64,000 nt of DNA from an uncultured Bdellovibrionales bacterium (GTDB lineage: Bacteria; Patescibacteriota; Minisyncoccia; Moranbacterales; UBA1568): positions 50,111 to 114,110 of the forward strand of contig CAZIZG010000002.1 of assembly GCA_964543815.1 (NCBI GenBank), in the 5' to 3' direction. Position 1 is the first letter of the stretch; every line of letters begins with the position of its first letter. Of this stretch, positions 18,895 to 28,586 are shown piece by piece. Both the position numbers and the translations under genes were made by a program. The notes beneath the pieces are model-generated. The model saw only the letters and a program-made list of their open reading frames with translations. It was not told the DNA's origin and ran no database searches.

Positions 18895-19794
18895 TTAGTG
18901 AACAACAAGTACCGTCCCAATATCAGCCCACTCATAGACGTATTGAGCACTTCCCATCCCGAGCCGGATACATCCATGCGATACCGGACGACCAAGATGA
19001 CTTGCCCCTTCCTTGTAACCACCCGGCCATTCCGGCAATTCATGAATACCGAATTTTCCATCAGGGGTAAACGCCATCCAGAACGGCATGTACAGACCAT
19101 ACGCCTTGGACCAAGGACGCACGGCCTTGTTCTGTACAGAAAACTCCCCTCTGGGTGTGTCCATCCCCCGCTTACCGGAAGAAATCAAGTACTGCTTAAC
19201 TGCTTGGCCATCCTGAAAAAGCACCATCGTTTGACTTGCAATATCGACATCGATATATTTTCCTTCCGTCCGTCGTGCCATGACAGTGGCGGGTGCCACA
19301 TCAAGTGGCGCCACGGTAGTGGTCCGCTGAGTGGTAAAACTCGTTTCAATCAAGGGCCTATACACTCCATCGGGTGTTTCTCGCGGAACATAAGAGATCC
19401 GAAGTATATAACGCGTGCCATCACGCAAAGGCTCTTTGGGTAATAACCGAAACTCTGTTTTCTCTGGATTATTTTCGTACACTACCTCCACCAAAGGGTC
19501 GAGTTCGAAGTGAATATAATACGATTTAACCGACTCCTGAAAACGCACGACAATAGGATCCTCAATCCCAAGAAGTACTTCGGTTGCATCCTCTTCTGGA
19601 ATCACTTCGACCAGACGTGGCGGAAAGACTGTTGGTACTGTGCTCGTAGTCGTGTCGATTACTATCGGTTCAGTTCGAGCAGACGAATCCTGATTGGGAT
19701 TAAACACCCACACGCCAATACCAGAAAGCACCAAAAGAAATAGCCAGAATTTTAAAAAATGAGAGAAGTTTTTGGGTGAAAACTGTATAGACAT
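18895..19794 (-). CDS. L,D-transpeptidase (YkuD domain) with an N-terminal membrane anchor
   Basis: C-terminal …GRPVSHGCIRL… (catalytic His/Cys) and an N-terminal hydrophobic helix. Confidence 0.85.
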   Translation of the reverse strand: MSIQFSPKNFSHFLKFWLFLLVLSGIGVWVFNPNQDSSARTEPIVIDTTTSTVPTVFPPRLVEVIPEEDATEVLLGIEDPIVVRFQESVKSYYIHFELDPLVEVVYENNPEKTEFRLLPKEPLRDGTRYILRISYVPRETPDGVYRPLIETSFTTQRTTTVAPLDVAPATVMARRTEGKYIDVDIASQTMVLFQDGQAVKQYLISSGKRGMDTPRGEFSVQNKAVRPWSKAYGLYMPFWMAFTPDGKFGIHELPEWPGGYKEGASHLGRPVSHGCIRLGMGSAQYVYEWADIGTVLVVH

Positions 19795-19844
19795 GATTTT
19801 GTTTCGCTACAGAGATTCTTCATTCAGCATATCAAGAATCATTA

Positions 19845-19882
19845 CAAAAAGAAAAAGTCATCCGAGTGTTCCCGAATGACTT
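19845..19882 (-). terminator. Putative terminator after the receiver-domain gene
   Basis: 7-bp stem AAGTCAT/ATGACTT with a 14-nt loop, followed on the minus strand by TTTTCTTTTTG. Weak. Confidence 0.35.
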
Positions 19883-19895
19883 GGCGGTTCCGCTA

Positions 19896-20291
19896 TCAAG
19901 CGGTGGCGGCGCGGCTCTCCAAAGCTTGACGAATAACTCCTTCAAGCTCTGCCCTGGTGAAAGGCTTGGCGATGAGGCCAGCCGCCCCGTACTCCAGAGC
20001 AAGCGCCCGGTCCTCCGTCCGAGGATCAAGCGTCATCATGAGCACCGGCACATGCTTCAGACTGTCGTCGGCCTTGATGGCCTGGAGGAGCCCAAAGCCA
20101 TTCAGGCTGGGCATGTTGATATCGGTCAGAACGAGGTCATACTCGGCTACCCGGAGCAGAGAAAGTGCCTCGACCCCATCCGCCGCTTCGACGGTCTGTG
20201 CTTTCATGGCCCGGAGCAACATGCCGACACTTCGGCGCATGGCCAATGAGTCGTCAACGATCAAGACTCGAAGATAAGCAAGTTCGGTCAT
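19896..20291 (-). CDS. Stand-alone response-regulator receiver (CheY-like) protein; GC-rich, compositionally foreign
   Basis: VLIVDDSLAMRR…DLVLTDINMP…AKP (Asp pocket and phospho-acceptor Asp context), 131 aa. Visibly much GC-richer than neighbouring genes. Confidence 0.85.
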   Translation of the reverse strand: MTELAYLRVLIVDDSLAMRRSVGMLLRAMKAQTVEAADGVEALSLLRVAEYDLVLTDINMPSLNGFGLLQAIKADDSLKHVPVLMMTLDPRTEDRALALEYGAAGLIAKPFTRAELEGVIRQALESRAATA

Positions 20292-20299
20292 GTGTCCCC

Positions 20300-20638
20300 C
20301 TAGAGAGCAGTCTCGGCAGGAACTTGACTGAGCTCATTGTTGGCCCAGGCCAGGTAGAGAGCATCCAGTCGCCGCATCATTTCGGCAACCACCGCGGTAC
20401 GCACCACCCATTCCCGGTCCATCCCGACCACGGACATGCGTACCTCGAGCGCCCGCTTCTCGCCATCAATCCAGTCGTGCATCACCAGAATCTCTGGCGG
20501 ACGGAAAGGACTGACAGCAAGCTGTTGTAAGCGCCTGACCATATCAGGCCTCAGCATTTGAATCATCTTCATCTCCTCAGATTGGAAAGGAGGCAGCGCC
20601 TCCGAACGCGAAATCATGTCCGATTTCGGACCACTCAA
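20300..20638 (-). CDS. Hypothetical protein (112 aa), GC-rich, co-oriented 8 nt upstream of the receiver gene
   Basis: ORF with the same GC-rich codon bias as the receiver gene. No recognisable family. Confidence 0.5.
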   Translation of the reverse strand: MSGPKSDMISRSEALPPFQSEEMKMIQMLRPDMVRRLQQLAVSPFRPPEILVMHDWIDGEKRALEVRMSVVGMDREWVVRTAVVAEMMRRLDALYLAWANNELSQVPAETAL

Positions 20639-20664
20639 CCTACCATATTTCCGTGTTTCTGTCC

Positions 20665-20698
20665 ATCAAACCAAACTAAAACCCGAGGTCTTCCCTCG
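20665..20698 (-). terminator. Intrinsic terminator after the AT-rich orphan gene
   Basis: Minus strand reads CCCGAGG-gaaga-CCTCGGG followed by UUUUAGUUUGGUUUG. Confidence 0.55.
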
Positions 20699-20735
20699 GG
20701 TAAATCAGTCCAACAGCAACGGGACTAGCTTAGAT

Positions 20736-21419
20736 TTAATTTTCTCTAAGCCAACTCAAGGCAATATCAATGTTCTCTTCAGCGTGTTTCCCTAATCTAA
20801 CCTCATTTGCTAGCCAAAATCTTAGGCCATCTGTCTTGTTTATAAAATTATCTACAAACAAATGTATTCTTCCGTCAGCCATTTTCATGAACACCATACC
20901 AGATTGATCAGCTACTTCTTTCGCCTGCTTATAATTTTCCCCGCCCATTCTAGTATTTAACTGATACCCATTTTCAGGAATTACCATATGCGTAAGCTTA
21001 TTGCGCAAGTCATCCCATACCTTAAAAAGGTCATTCTGGGGCATCCCCCAACTGATGTGAGCATCTTCCATTAATTGTTTAAATGCATCTGTCTCGTTAA
21101 TCTGCCCAACACGTTTAACTAAAACCCGATCTTTAATTTCTGGATGTTCTTTAAAAATTGGTTTCAACAACTCTTTAGCATGATCCTTTTGAGTTTTTGT
21201 AACCACATCCCTCCCATTCAGAATTGCATTTATTTTTGCTAAATATCCGATTACAGCAAATAAGCCTAAGACTATAAGAAAGTTTCCGCCACCTATTTCT
21301 TTAATCTCACTAAAAACCGCGGGGTGTTCAGCGCGGGCCCAAACAAAAGTATTTGTATCGGCTATTATGCTAAATGGACGATTTTCAATGAGAGAAGCTA
21401 GCTCTTCTAATTTATCCAT
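20736..21419 (-). CDS. Hypothetical protein (227 aa, one predicted TM helix), AT-rich orphan
   Basis: Long ORF whose composition is markedly AT-richer than its surroundings. No recognisable domain. It has its own terminator and sits right after the ftsZ terminator. Confidence 0.55.
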   Translation of the reverse strand: MDKLEELASLIENRPFSIIADTNTFVWARAEHPAVFSEIKEIGGGNFLIVLGLFAVIGYLAKINAILNGRDVVTKTQKDHAKELLKPIFKEHPEIKDRVLVKRVGQINETDAFKQLMEDAHISWGMPQNDLFKVWDDLRNKLTHMVIPENGYQLNTRMGGENYKQAKEVADQSGMVFMKMADGRIHLFVDNFINKTDGLRFWLANEVRLGKHAEENIDIALSWLREN

Positions 21420-21430
21420 GGAATTCTATA

Positions 21431-21458
21431 TCTATTAAAAAGCGCCTCGTAGGGCGCT
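21431..21458 (-). terminator. Intrinsic terminator after ftsZ
   Basis: AGCGCC-cuacga-GGCGCU on the minus strand followed by UUUUUAAUAG. Confidence 0.55.
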
Positions 21459-21463
21459 CGTTA

Positions 21464-22702
21464 TTATTTCTTCATCTTGCGACGGATAAAGGCCGGGATT
21501 TCGAGGTCTTCTTCCTCGACCAGTTCTTTCGATTCGCTCCGAGGAGCTATGCCACGGGGCTGAATCTTTTCGTCAATAATCATGACTGGCTGTTCAATCT
21601 TCCGGGACGGGAAGGTAATAACCTCATCGAGAATTTCCTCTTCGTCCTTTTCTTGCTCCTCCTCTACCACGGCCATCTGAGCGGCCCGCTGACGACTCGC
21701 GACACTCGGAGCACGGTTGATGAGACCGGGCATTTCTTTAGTACGAGGAATATCGAAACCGGTCGCCACCACCGTAATCTGAATTTCACCCTTCCTGATC
21801 TGATCATCCGTTACCGCACCAAAGATGACCTTGGCATTCGGATCAATGTTTTCCGTAATGATATTAGCAGCCTCGTTGATTTCAAGCATCGTGAGATCGC
21901 TTGAACCAGAGATATTAAACAGCACGCCCTTGGCACCATCGATGGAAAGCTCAAGAAGCGGACTGTTGATAGCCGCCTTGGCAGCCTCTACCGCTCGATT
22001 CTCACCGGAAGCAATACCAATACCCATAAGCGCGCTCCCGCTATCTTCCATGATGGCCCGCACATCGGCAAAGTCCACATTGACGATACCAGGCTTGGTA
22101 ATAAGGTCAGAAATACCCTGGACACCCTGGCGGAGCACATCGTCCACGATACGGAAAGCATTTACGAGGGTGGTCTGACGATCGATAATGGAAAGAAGTT
22201 TGTCGTTCGGAATAGTAATGAGCGTGTCGACGCGGTCCTTCAAATTCTCAAGAGCTTCTTCAGCAATAGATCGTCGCTGTGATCCTTCGAAGGCAAACGG
22301 CTTGGTGACAACACCAACAGTGAGCGCGCCTAACTCTTTGGCAGTTTCAGCCACGATAGGAGCAGCCCCAGAACCGGTACCACCACCGAGGCCACAGGCC
22401 ACAAACACCATGTCAGCACCCTTCAACACTTCCTGAATTTCATCACGATTTTCTTCGGCTGCCTGACGACCAATTTCCGGATTCATACCAGCACCAAGTC
22501 CCTTGGTCAGGTTCTTACCGATATGAACTTTCTCCTGAGCCTTAGAATGATGGAGTGCCTGAGCATCCGTGTTGATAGCAACAAATTCTACCCCCTTAAT
22601 CTTAGCATCAATCATCCGAGAAATGGCGTTGTTGCCAGATCCACCAACACCCACCACTTTGATTTTTGCGAATGTCTCGATATCGGGTTTGATCTCAGCC
22701 AT
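21464..22702 (-). CDS. ftsZ: Cell division GTPase FtsZ
   Basis: Contains [10 protein letters not shown] and [10 protein letters not shown] tubulin signature motifs, with a C-terminal acidic linker and conserved tail. Confidence 0.97.
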   Translation of the reverse strand: MAEIKPDIETFAKIKVVGVGGSGNNAISRMIDAKIKGVEFVAINTDAQALHHSKAQEKVHIGKNLTKGLGAGMNPEIGRQAAEENRDEIQEVLKGADMVFVACGLGGGTGSGAAPIVAETAKELGALTVGVVTKPFAFEGSQRRSIAEEALENLKDRVDTLITIPNDKLLSIIDRQTTLVNAFRIVDDVLRQGVQGISDLITKPGIVNVDFADVRAIMEDSGSALMGIGIASGENRAVEAAKAAINSPLLELSIDGAKGVLFNISGSSDLTMLEINEAANIITENIDPNAKVIFGAVTDDQIRKGEIQITVVATGFDIPRTKEMPGLINRAPSVASRQRAAQMAVVEEEQEKDEEEILDEVITFPSRKIEQPVMIIDEKIQPRGIAPRSESKELVEEEDLEIPAFIRRKMKK

Positions 22703-22873
22703 AGATCTCTGTGGATTAGAAATAGTTTTCGTTAAGTTCTTTCAGTATAGCGCTCCTGGCAACACCTACACAAGTGCCCAAATAAGCAGAAATTATCTGA
22801 AAATTCACTCTATCACAGCAGAATATTGAGTGTCAACCCAATGCAATACTGGCTTTGCCAGTCCGCCTTTGTA

Positions 22874-22889
22874 GCGGAATTACACAGGG
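22874..22889. repeat. Solo arm of the palindromic element (GCGGAATTACACAGGG) in the ftsA-ftsZ spacer
   Basis: Matches the right arm of the copies at 13380-13435 and 25986-26040. No left-arm partner nearby. Confidence 0.45.
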
Positions 22890-22965
22890 CCAATCCCACT
22901 ATTTTTGGTAAATAAAAAACAGAAAAAGGCTTTCTTTAAGAAAATTTACCCATGACTTTCGAGTC

Positions 22966-24225
22966 CTAGGGCAAAAATCGAGCTGACCAATGCTTCACCT
23001 TACTGACCATAGTTTGTAACCCTTCCGGGAGAGCCCCAAACATCTTGTGAGGAGAAAACGTTTTGCGCTCTCCGCCCGTCTCCTGTGACAGGAGCAGTAA
23101 TCCAATCACTGTAGCAAACTGCGGATTGTCCACTTCATCCAGGATGCCACCGAGCGCCTTGGGGTATCCGATCTGTGCCGGCAAACGAAGAATTCGTTTA
23201 GCTAAATCCACTACACCAGGAAGGAGCGCTCCACCACCGCACAGCACCGCCCCACCTGGGAGCAGTCCTTCGCGGCCAATATTTTTCAGTTCGGTGTTCA
23301 CAAAAGAAAATATTTCCTCAAGTCGCGCTTCGATTATTTCAGCCACATGATGACGTGATACCATTCCCTCTTCCTGCGAATCAATCGATCCGAGATCAAT
23401 CTCTTCTTTCTTGCCTACCTCGTCAGGCAAGGCCGTTCCGTACTGAAGCTTTACGGCTTCGGCCACTTCAATCGACGTGCGAAGCCCAATAGCAATGTCA
23501 TTGGTAACATGAGCTCCGCCAACGGGAAGAACGGCTAGGTGAAGCAAATCCCCATCCTCAAAAACAGCGAGTGATGTGGTGCTACCACCGATATTGATAA
23601 GTACCGTGCCAAGCTCCTTTTGTTTATCATGCAGCACCGCCTCGGCCGATGCCAATGGTTCCACCACAAAGTTTTCCGCACTCGTACCAGCCTGTTCCAA
23701 GCTCCGGCTGATATTTTTGATATGAGCCGTGCTATCACTCACCACAAGTGCATTCATCTCGAGACGCACCCCATGCATCCCAAGTGGATCTTTGATATTC
23801 TTCTGATCATCTAGTCGATAGTCTTTGGGAATAACATGAACGATTTCACGATTGAGCGGCAGAGTAAGGCGAGCCTGCACCTCCTCAAGAACCCGAGACA
23901 TATCATCATAAATCACTTCACCGTCAGCCCGACCAACAGCAATCACTCCAAGAGCGTTTTGGCAAGCGATTTCTGTACCAGAAACACTCGCTACAACACT
24001 TTCAGCCGGATGACCAGCCATATGCTCAGCCTGTTCCAAAGCAGCATTGCAGGCTTTGGCTACTGCCTCAGCATTCACTACTGACCCTCGTCGAATTCCC
24101 TGCGAAGGAGCCGTTCCAATCCCAACCACTCGGAGCGGTTCTTCTTCCGTAATTTCCTGTGCGATGACAGCCCGAATACTCGAAGATCCGATATCGAGCC
24201 CGACATGGTAATTACTTTTCGACAT
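22966..24225 (-). CDS. ftsA: Cell division protein FtsA
   Basis: Actin-like ATPase starting …GLDIGSSSIRAV…, 419 aa, immediately upstream of ftsZ. Confidence 0.93.
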   Translation of the reverse strand: MSKSNYHVGLDIGSSSIRAVIAQEITEEEPLRVVGIGTAPSQGIRRGSVVNAEAVAKACNAALEQAEHMAGHPAESVVASVSGTEIACQNALGVIAVGRADGEVIYDDMSRVLEEVQARLTLPLNREIVHVIPKDYRLDDQKNIKDPLGMHGVRLEMNALVVSDSTAHIKNISRSLEQAGTSAENFVVEPLASAEAVLHDKQKELGTVLINIGGSTTSLAVFEDGDLLHLAVLPVGGAHVTNDIAIGLRTSIEVAEAVKLQYGTALPDEVGKKEEIDLGSIDSQEEGMVSRHHVAEIIEARLEEIFSFVNTELKNIGREGLLPGGAVLCGGGALLPGVVDLAKRILRLPAQIGYPKALGGILDEVDNPQFATVIGLLLLSQETGGERKTFSPHKMFGALPEGLQTMVSKVKHWSARFLP

Positions 24226-24313
24226 AAAAAATCACAATAGCCAAAATACAAGGAGAAGCTCCATCCGACGGCGGAACTCTGTAGTTCGCATTATACCCCA
24301 AAATACTTTCTGT

Positions 24314-24347
24314 CGCAAAAACAAAGAAGGGTCTCGGCCCTTCTTTG
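24314..24347 (-). terminator. Intrinsic terminator after dgkA
   Basis: Minus strand reads AAAGAAGGG-ccgaga-CCCUUCUUU followed by GUUUUUGCG. Confidence 0.55.
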
Positions 24348-24361
24348 TTTCAATCTATCGA

Positions 24362-24712
24362 CTAACGGAGAATATGCGGTAAAAAAATCATGGTACCGAC
24401 GATACAGGCCCCGAGCGACACGACAAACACTGCTCCTGCCATTACGTCCTTCACTACCCGCGCATAGGGATGGACTCGTGGTTTCAGGATATCCATGATG
24501 CGCTCCACTGCTGTATTGACAAGCTCAAGTGCTAATACCATAACGATGGTAAGAACAAGAAGCATGTTTTCAAAATGAGAGAGTGGCAACCATAGCATAA
24601 GAAGAAGCACCACTCCAGCTGCTGTCAGCTCCATCTGAAAATTACGCTCCTGACGGAAAGTATAAAAAATACCTTTGGCAGCATGGAGAATACTTCGTCC
24701 TAATCTACGCAT
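24362..24712 (-). CDS. dgkA: Diacylglycerol/undecaprenol kinase (DgkA family)
   Basis: 116-aa three-TM protein with a DgkA-like pattern (…NFQMEL…ALELVNTAVERIMD…). Confidence 0.8.
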   Translation of the reverse strand: MRRLGRSILHAAKGIFYTFRQERNFQMELTAAGVVLLLMLWLPLSHFENMLLVLTIVMVLALELVNTAVERIMDILKPRVHPYARVVKDVMAGAVFVVSLGACIVGTMIFLPHILR

Positions 24713-24746
24713 AATTTGCTTATTTTGTGTATTTTTTGTTGCTTCC

Positions 24747-25202
24747 CTATTTCCCCTTGGGGCGTGCCTCGGTCACAGCGTCCTGAATAGTGAACATTTC
24801 ATCACTATGGTCATAGCCAAGGAGATGAAGTACGCCGTGCGAAAAGACATAGGCCAATTCATGCTCAAGCGTTACCTCATCTTCTTCCGCTGCTGCCTTG
24901 ATAACATCATAGCAGAAAAAAATCTCACCTAGAAATACCACCTGATTATTATCAGCGACACAAGCTGCGGTGTCCGCATACTCCCCAAAGGAAAGAATGT
25001 CGGTCACGGCATCTTTGTCACGATAGGTACGATTGAGCTCCTGGATACGTAGCGCACTCACTGCCACGGCCGTGAGCGAGATATCTTTGGATAAAAGACC
25101 CGGAAGTGGGCAGCGCTTGATGGTCTCACTGGCTATCGCAGCAAAAAAAGATTCTGGAACAAGATTATCAACCTCAGCACTGTAGCTTAGGTGAACGGCC
25201 AT
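24747..25202 (-). CDS. ybeY: rRNA maturation endoribonuclease YbeY
   Basis: Contains HGVLHLLGYDH, the zinc-binding H3 motif. Confidence 0.9.
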   Translation of the reverse strand: MAVHLSYSAEVDNLVPESFFAAIASETIKRCPLPGLLSKDISLTAVAVSALRIQELNRTYRDKDAVTDILSFGEYADTAACVADNNQVVFLGEIFFCYDVIKAAAEEDEVTLEHELAYVFSHGVLHLLGYDHSDEMFTIQDAVTEARPKGK

Positions 25203-25203
25203 A

Positions 25204-25665
25204 CTAGGACAGAAGTAACATCACTACCCGTCGAACATCGTCACCAGGAGCGCGGCCGGCAATTTTTTTCATTACGACTCCCATCGCTTGACCAAGCTGT
25301 GTTTTGGAAGTAATACCCGCCTCGGTGAGGGTCTCCTTCACAATCGCCTTGAGTTCCTCCTCTGGCATCGCGGCCGGAAGATAAGCAGAAAGGAGAGTTA
25401 GCTCCTCTTGTTCTTTGGCAGCTAGATCAGCCCGGCCACCACTTGTATACTGTTCAATACTGTCTTTGCGTTGCTTGACCAGTTTCTTGATAACATCCAT
25501 CACATCTTCGTCGGACATATCTGCTGGCGTCACCCGCTTGTCGATAGCGATGTTTTTAACGGCACTCTGAAGCAGACGAAGCGTGTCCCTACGGAACGCG
25601 TCGCCTGCTTTCATTGCCTGTTTCAAATCATCGGAGAGAGTTTGATAGAGACTCATACGGACCAA
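25204..25665 (-). CDS. GatB/YqeY domain protein
   Basis: 153 aa with a YqeY-like sequence (…LKQAMKAGD…RRDTLRLLQSAVKN…). Confidence 0.8.
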   Translation of the reverse strand: MVRMSLYQTLSDDLKQAMKAGDAFRRDTLRLLQSAVKNIAIDKRVTPADMSDEDVMDVIKKLVKQRKDSIEQYTSGGRADLAAKEQEELTLLSAYLPAAMPEEELKAIVKETLTEAGITSKTQLGQAMGVVMKKIAGRAPGDDVRRVVMLLLS

Positions 25666-25671
25666 AAAAGA

Positions 25672-25926
25672 TTAAATTCTCTTTTTAATATCACGGAGTG
25701 CTTCATCGTCGAACTTACCGAGTTTCTTGAGCCGAGTAATTTCTTTGCGAATCTTGACTTTGTAGAGAGCTCCAGCACGTCGTTTGTCACGGCTCTGCTC
25801 TTCGGCCCGAAAACGAAGCTTTCGAACCTGCTTCAAAACACCACTCTGTTGGACGCGGCGAGAAAAACGCCGAATGAGACTTTCAGCTGTTTCGCGCTCT
25901 TTTCTTTTTACCTGAATCATATACAA
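25672..25926 (-). CDS. rpsU: 30S ribosomal protein S21
   Basis: 84-aa basic protein with …ESLIRRFSRRVQQSGVLKQVR…, as in S21. Confidence 0.85.
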   Translation of the reverse strand: MYMIQVKRKERETAESLIRRFSRRVQQSGVLKQVRKLRFRAEEQSRDKRRAGALYKVKIRKEITRLKKLGKFDDEALRDIKKRI

Positions 25927-25985
25927 GACCTCCTTTCAAAATGAGCTTTCGCTCTTCTATCGAATCATAGGGCACCTTACGAGAT

Positions 25986-26040
25986 TTACCCTGTGTAATT
26001 CCGCGAAGCGGACCGGCTACGCCGGATTACACAGGGTGAA
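25986..26040. repeat. Palindromic element copy 2: TTACCCTGTGTAATTCCG…CGGATTACACAGGGTGAA with a nested CCGGC-TAC-GCCGG hairpin
   Basis: Arms at 25988-26003 and 26023-26037. The right arm contains the TAA stop of the HIT gene. Lies in the spacer upstream of rpsU. Confidence 0.6.
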
Positions 26041-26377
26041 TATTTTCGCTTAAACGTGCCCCGCCGAGGAGATGAAGGTGCAGATGGTCAATCTCTTGGC
26101 CACCATCCCTCCCTACCCGGATAAGCAGTTTATACCCTTTTTCAGAAATTTTCAAGTCTCGAGCAATATCTCGGGCTACCCGAAACATATTCCCAACTAT
26201 GAGTACGTCCGTATCCTCCAAATGGGCGATACTTTCAATGGGCTTCTTCGGAATAATAAGGATATGGATTGGAGCCATTGGATGAATGTCGCGGAAGGCC
26301 AAGATATCCTCATCTTCATAGAGAATATCAGCAGGAATTTCTTTCCGAATAATTTTAGAAAAGATAGTCTCGGCCAT
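26027..26377 (-). CDS. HIT-family (histidine triad) nucleotide hydrolase
   Basis: HLHLHLLGG histidine-triad motif, 116 aa. Confidence 0.88.
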   Translation of the reverse strand: MAETIFSKIIRKEIPADILYEDEDILAFRDIHPMAPIHILIIPKKPIESIAHLEDTDVLIVGNMFRVARDIARDLKISEKGYKLLIRVGRDGGQEIDHLHLHLLGGARLSENIHPV

Positions 26378-26382
26378 AGCAC

Positions 26383-27810
26383 TTAGACATTGAGCGACAC
26401 ATTGGTTTTCAAAATCTTTTTGACTGCGTCGACGAGTTTCTCTTGGGTTACGGTTTCTTGTGTTCCAGAGACCATATCTTTGACAATAGCAGTCTCATCA
26501 AGTGCCTCTTTCTGACCAATGATAACGGTTACCTCAACACCAAGCCGATTGGCGACCCGCATCTGAGACTTGAGACTGCCCCGGCCAAAGCTCTCTGCAA
26601 TGAGAATACCATTTTTCTCGAGAGCCGAGAACAAACGTAGACTCTTTTTCTTGGCCATATCACCGAGCTGCGCCAAAAAGACACGGGGTTTAGGTTCTTG
26701 ATATGGCTTGACCTGAGTGCGCTTCATCTCAAGCACGATACGATCAAGCCCCAAACCAAAACCAATGACCGGGGTCGGCTCACCACCAAGTGTTTCAATC
26801 AAGCGATTGTAACGACCGCCGCCACCGAGTGAATAGTTCTTGCCATCCTTGTCGGTCGATCGAATTTCGAAAACGGTATTGGTGTAGTAATCAAGACCAC
26901 GAACAAGCCGAGTGTTAATCGAGTACGGAAGCTCGAGCTCATCGAGATATTCAAGCAAACGCTTGAAATGATCACGTGATTCCTGATCGAGATAGTCGAT
27001 AGACTGCGGTGCATGGGCGGTCAGCTGGATACACTTGTCTTCCTTGCAGTCGAGAATGCGCATTGGGTTAGCAACTAATCGTTCGCGACAATTTTGACAG
27101 AGTTTGGTTTTCTGAGCTTCGAGATAACGCACCAGCGCCTTCTCATAGTCCCGTCGTGATTCCGGAGTACCAATACTATTCACTTGAAACTCGATATTTT
27201 TGAGCCCGAGCTGACCAACCACTCGATACGCGAGCTGAACAGTCTGCGCATCAATGATAGGATCATTCTCACCAAAGATATCAAAGTTAGCCTGCCAGTG
27301 CTCACGGTAGCGTCCCTCCTGTGGGCGGTCATAGCGAAACACCGGGCCCATCGTAAAGAGCTTGATAGGTTTGGGTAAAACACCCATGCCATGCTCGATG
27401 TAGGCACGACAAAGTCCAGCTGTCATCTCGGGACGAAGCGCCACTCGGTCTCCACCGCGAGTATTGAAAAGATAAATTTCCTTATCCAATATATCTGTCC
27501 CTTCACCAATAGTACGGAGATACAGATGGGCATATTCTACGGTCGGCAAGTCAATACGTTGAAAGCCATATTCTTGAGACGCAGCGGAGAGCGCCTTGCG
27601 CACTCGTTCCCAGTACGGCTGCTCATCGGGCATGATGTCACGCATCCCACGCAGTGTCTGAAGCAGCAACTCCTCCTGATCTTTTGAGGTAACAACTTTC
27701 TTCGATGTATCTTTACTGGTCGCTTCTTTCTTGGTCTGGACAGATTTTTTTACAGCACTCTTTTTGGTGCTTTTGGTGGATTTCTCCTTGCTTACTTTCT
27801 TCTCTGGCAT
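26383..27810 (-). CDS. hisS: Histidine--tRNA ligase with a ~50-aa lysine-rich N-terminal extension
   Basis: Class II aaRS motifs (…LRGMRDIMP…, …GGGGRYNRL…). The N-terminus reads MPEKKVSKEKSTKSTKKSAVKK…. Confidence 0.93.
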   Translation of the reverse strand: MPEKKVSKEKSTKSTKKSAVKKSVQTKKEATSKDTSKKVVTSKDQEELLLQTLRGMRDIMPDEQPYWERVRKALSAASQEYGFQRIDLPTVEYAHLYLRTIGEGTDILDKEIYLFNTRGGDRVALRPEMTAGLCRAYIEHGMGVLPKPIKLFTMGPVFRYDRPQEGRYREHWQANFDIFGENDPIIDAQTVQLAYRVVGQLGLKNIEFQVNSIGTPESRRDYEKALVRYLEAQKTKLCQNCRERLVANPMRILDCKEDKCIQLTAHAPQSIDYLDQESRDHFKRLLEYLDELELPYSINTRLVRGLDYYTNTVFEIRSTDKDGKNYSLGGGGRYNRLIETLGGEPTPVIGFGLGLDRIVLEMKRTQVKPYQEPKPRVFLAQLGDMAKKKSLRLFSALEKNGILIAESFGRGSLKSQMRVANRLGVEVTVIIGQKEALDETAIVKDMVSGTQETVTQEKLVDAVKKILKTNVSLNV

Positions 27811-27843
27811 ACCCGTAGGTGATTAAGGATAAGGATGAAATAA

Positions 27844-28473
27844 CTAGTAAATAGAAAAATGACTTACTGGCCACGCCCGAAGTAATACCCGCCCAATAAC
27901 CTTACTCTCGTCAATCGGTCCGAAGGCACGAGAATCATAACTGAACATTCGGTTGTCACCCATAGCAAAGTACTGCTCCTGACCAATCTCCATCCGCGGC
28001 ATATCCTGTGTCAGTACTGACGAACTCAGGTAGGCGCTTTCATCAAGAACAAATCCTTCTGGGTGTTCGGTATTATAGATAATGACCTTGCCCCGCCGAA
28101 TTTCAACAGCCTCGCCTGGTAGACCAATGACTCTTTTAATAAAAAACTCCTCCGTATTCTTCGGAAATCGGAACACCATAACATCCTGACGCTTGATTTC
28201 TTTGAAAGGTTTCACCTGAAAAAAAGATGTGTCACCCAATCCGACGGTAGTCTGTTTGTAGCCAAACTCACTAATGACGAGATACTGCCCATCCTGGAAA
28301 TTCGGCTCCATACTGGAACCTTGCACAAAAAACGGCTGGAACAAAAAAACCCGAACAGGTATAATAATAACTACGGCGAGAAGAAAGACGCGTACCATTT
28401 CCTTGAATAATCCCCCGATACCGAGGTACTCTTCTTCTGGCTCTGCTTCTCCCTTCTTCATCTCTTCGCCCAT
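27844..28473 (-). CDS. lepB: Signal peptidase I
   Basis: N-terminal TM helix, catalytic-Ser box (GSSMEPNF) and box D (GDNRMFSYDSRAFG). Confidence 0.88.
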   Translation of the reverse strand: MGEEMKKGEAEPEEEYLGIGGLFKEMVRVFLLAVVIIIPVRVFLFQPFFVQGSSMEPNFQDGQYLVISEFGYKQTTVGLGDTSFFQVKPFKEIKRQDVMVFRFPKNTEEFFIKRVIGLPGEAVEIRRGKVIIYNTEHPEGFVLDESAYLSSSVLTQDMPRMEIGQEQYFAMGDNRMFSYDSRAFGPIDESKVIGRVLLRAWPVSHFSIY

Positions 28474-28523
28474 AGCACAAACAACGTTTCAAATTAGCAA
28501 AACATTGCTATTGTAACAGATTT

Positions 28524-28545
28524 TTGACCCACTAGCAAGGGTCAA
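28524..28545. promoter_or_regulatory. Inverted repeat TTGACCC-N8-GGGTCAA in the divergent lepB / LCP promoter region
   Basis: 7-bp perfect IR between two divergently transcribed genes. Candidate operator or overlapping -35 elements. Confidence 0.35.
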
Positions 28546-28586
28546 ATGAAGGCAGAAAGAAGCCTCTTTTATCACTTACACGCGAC

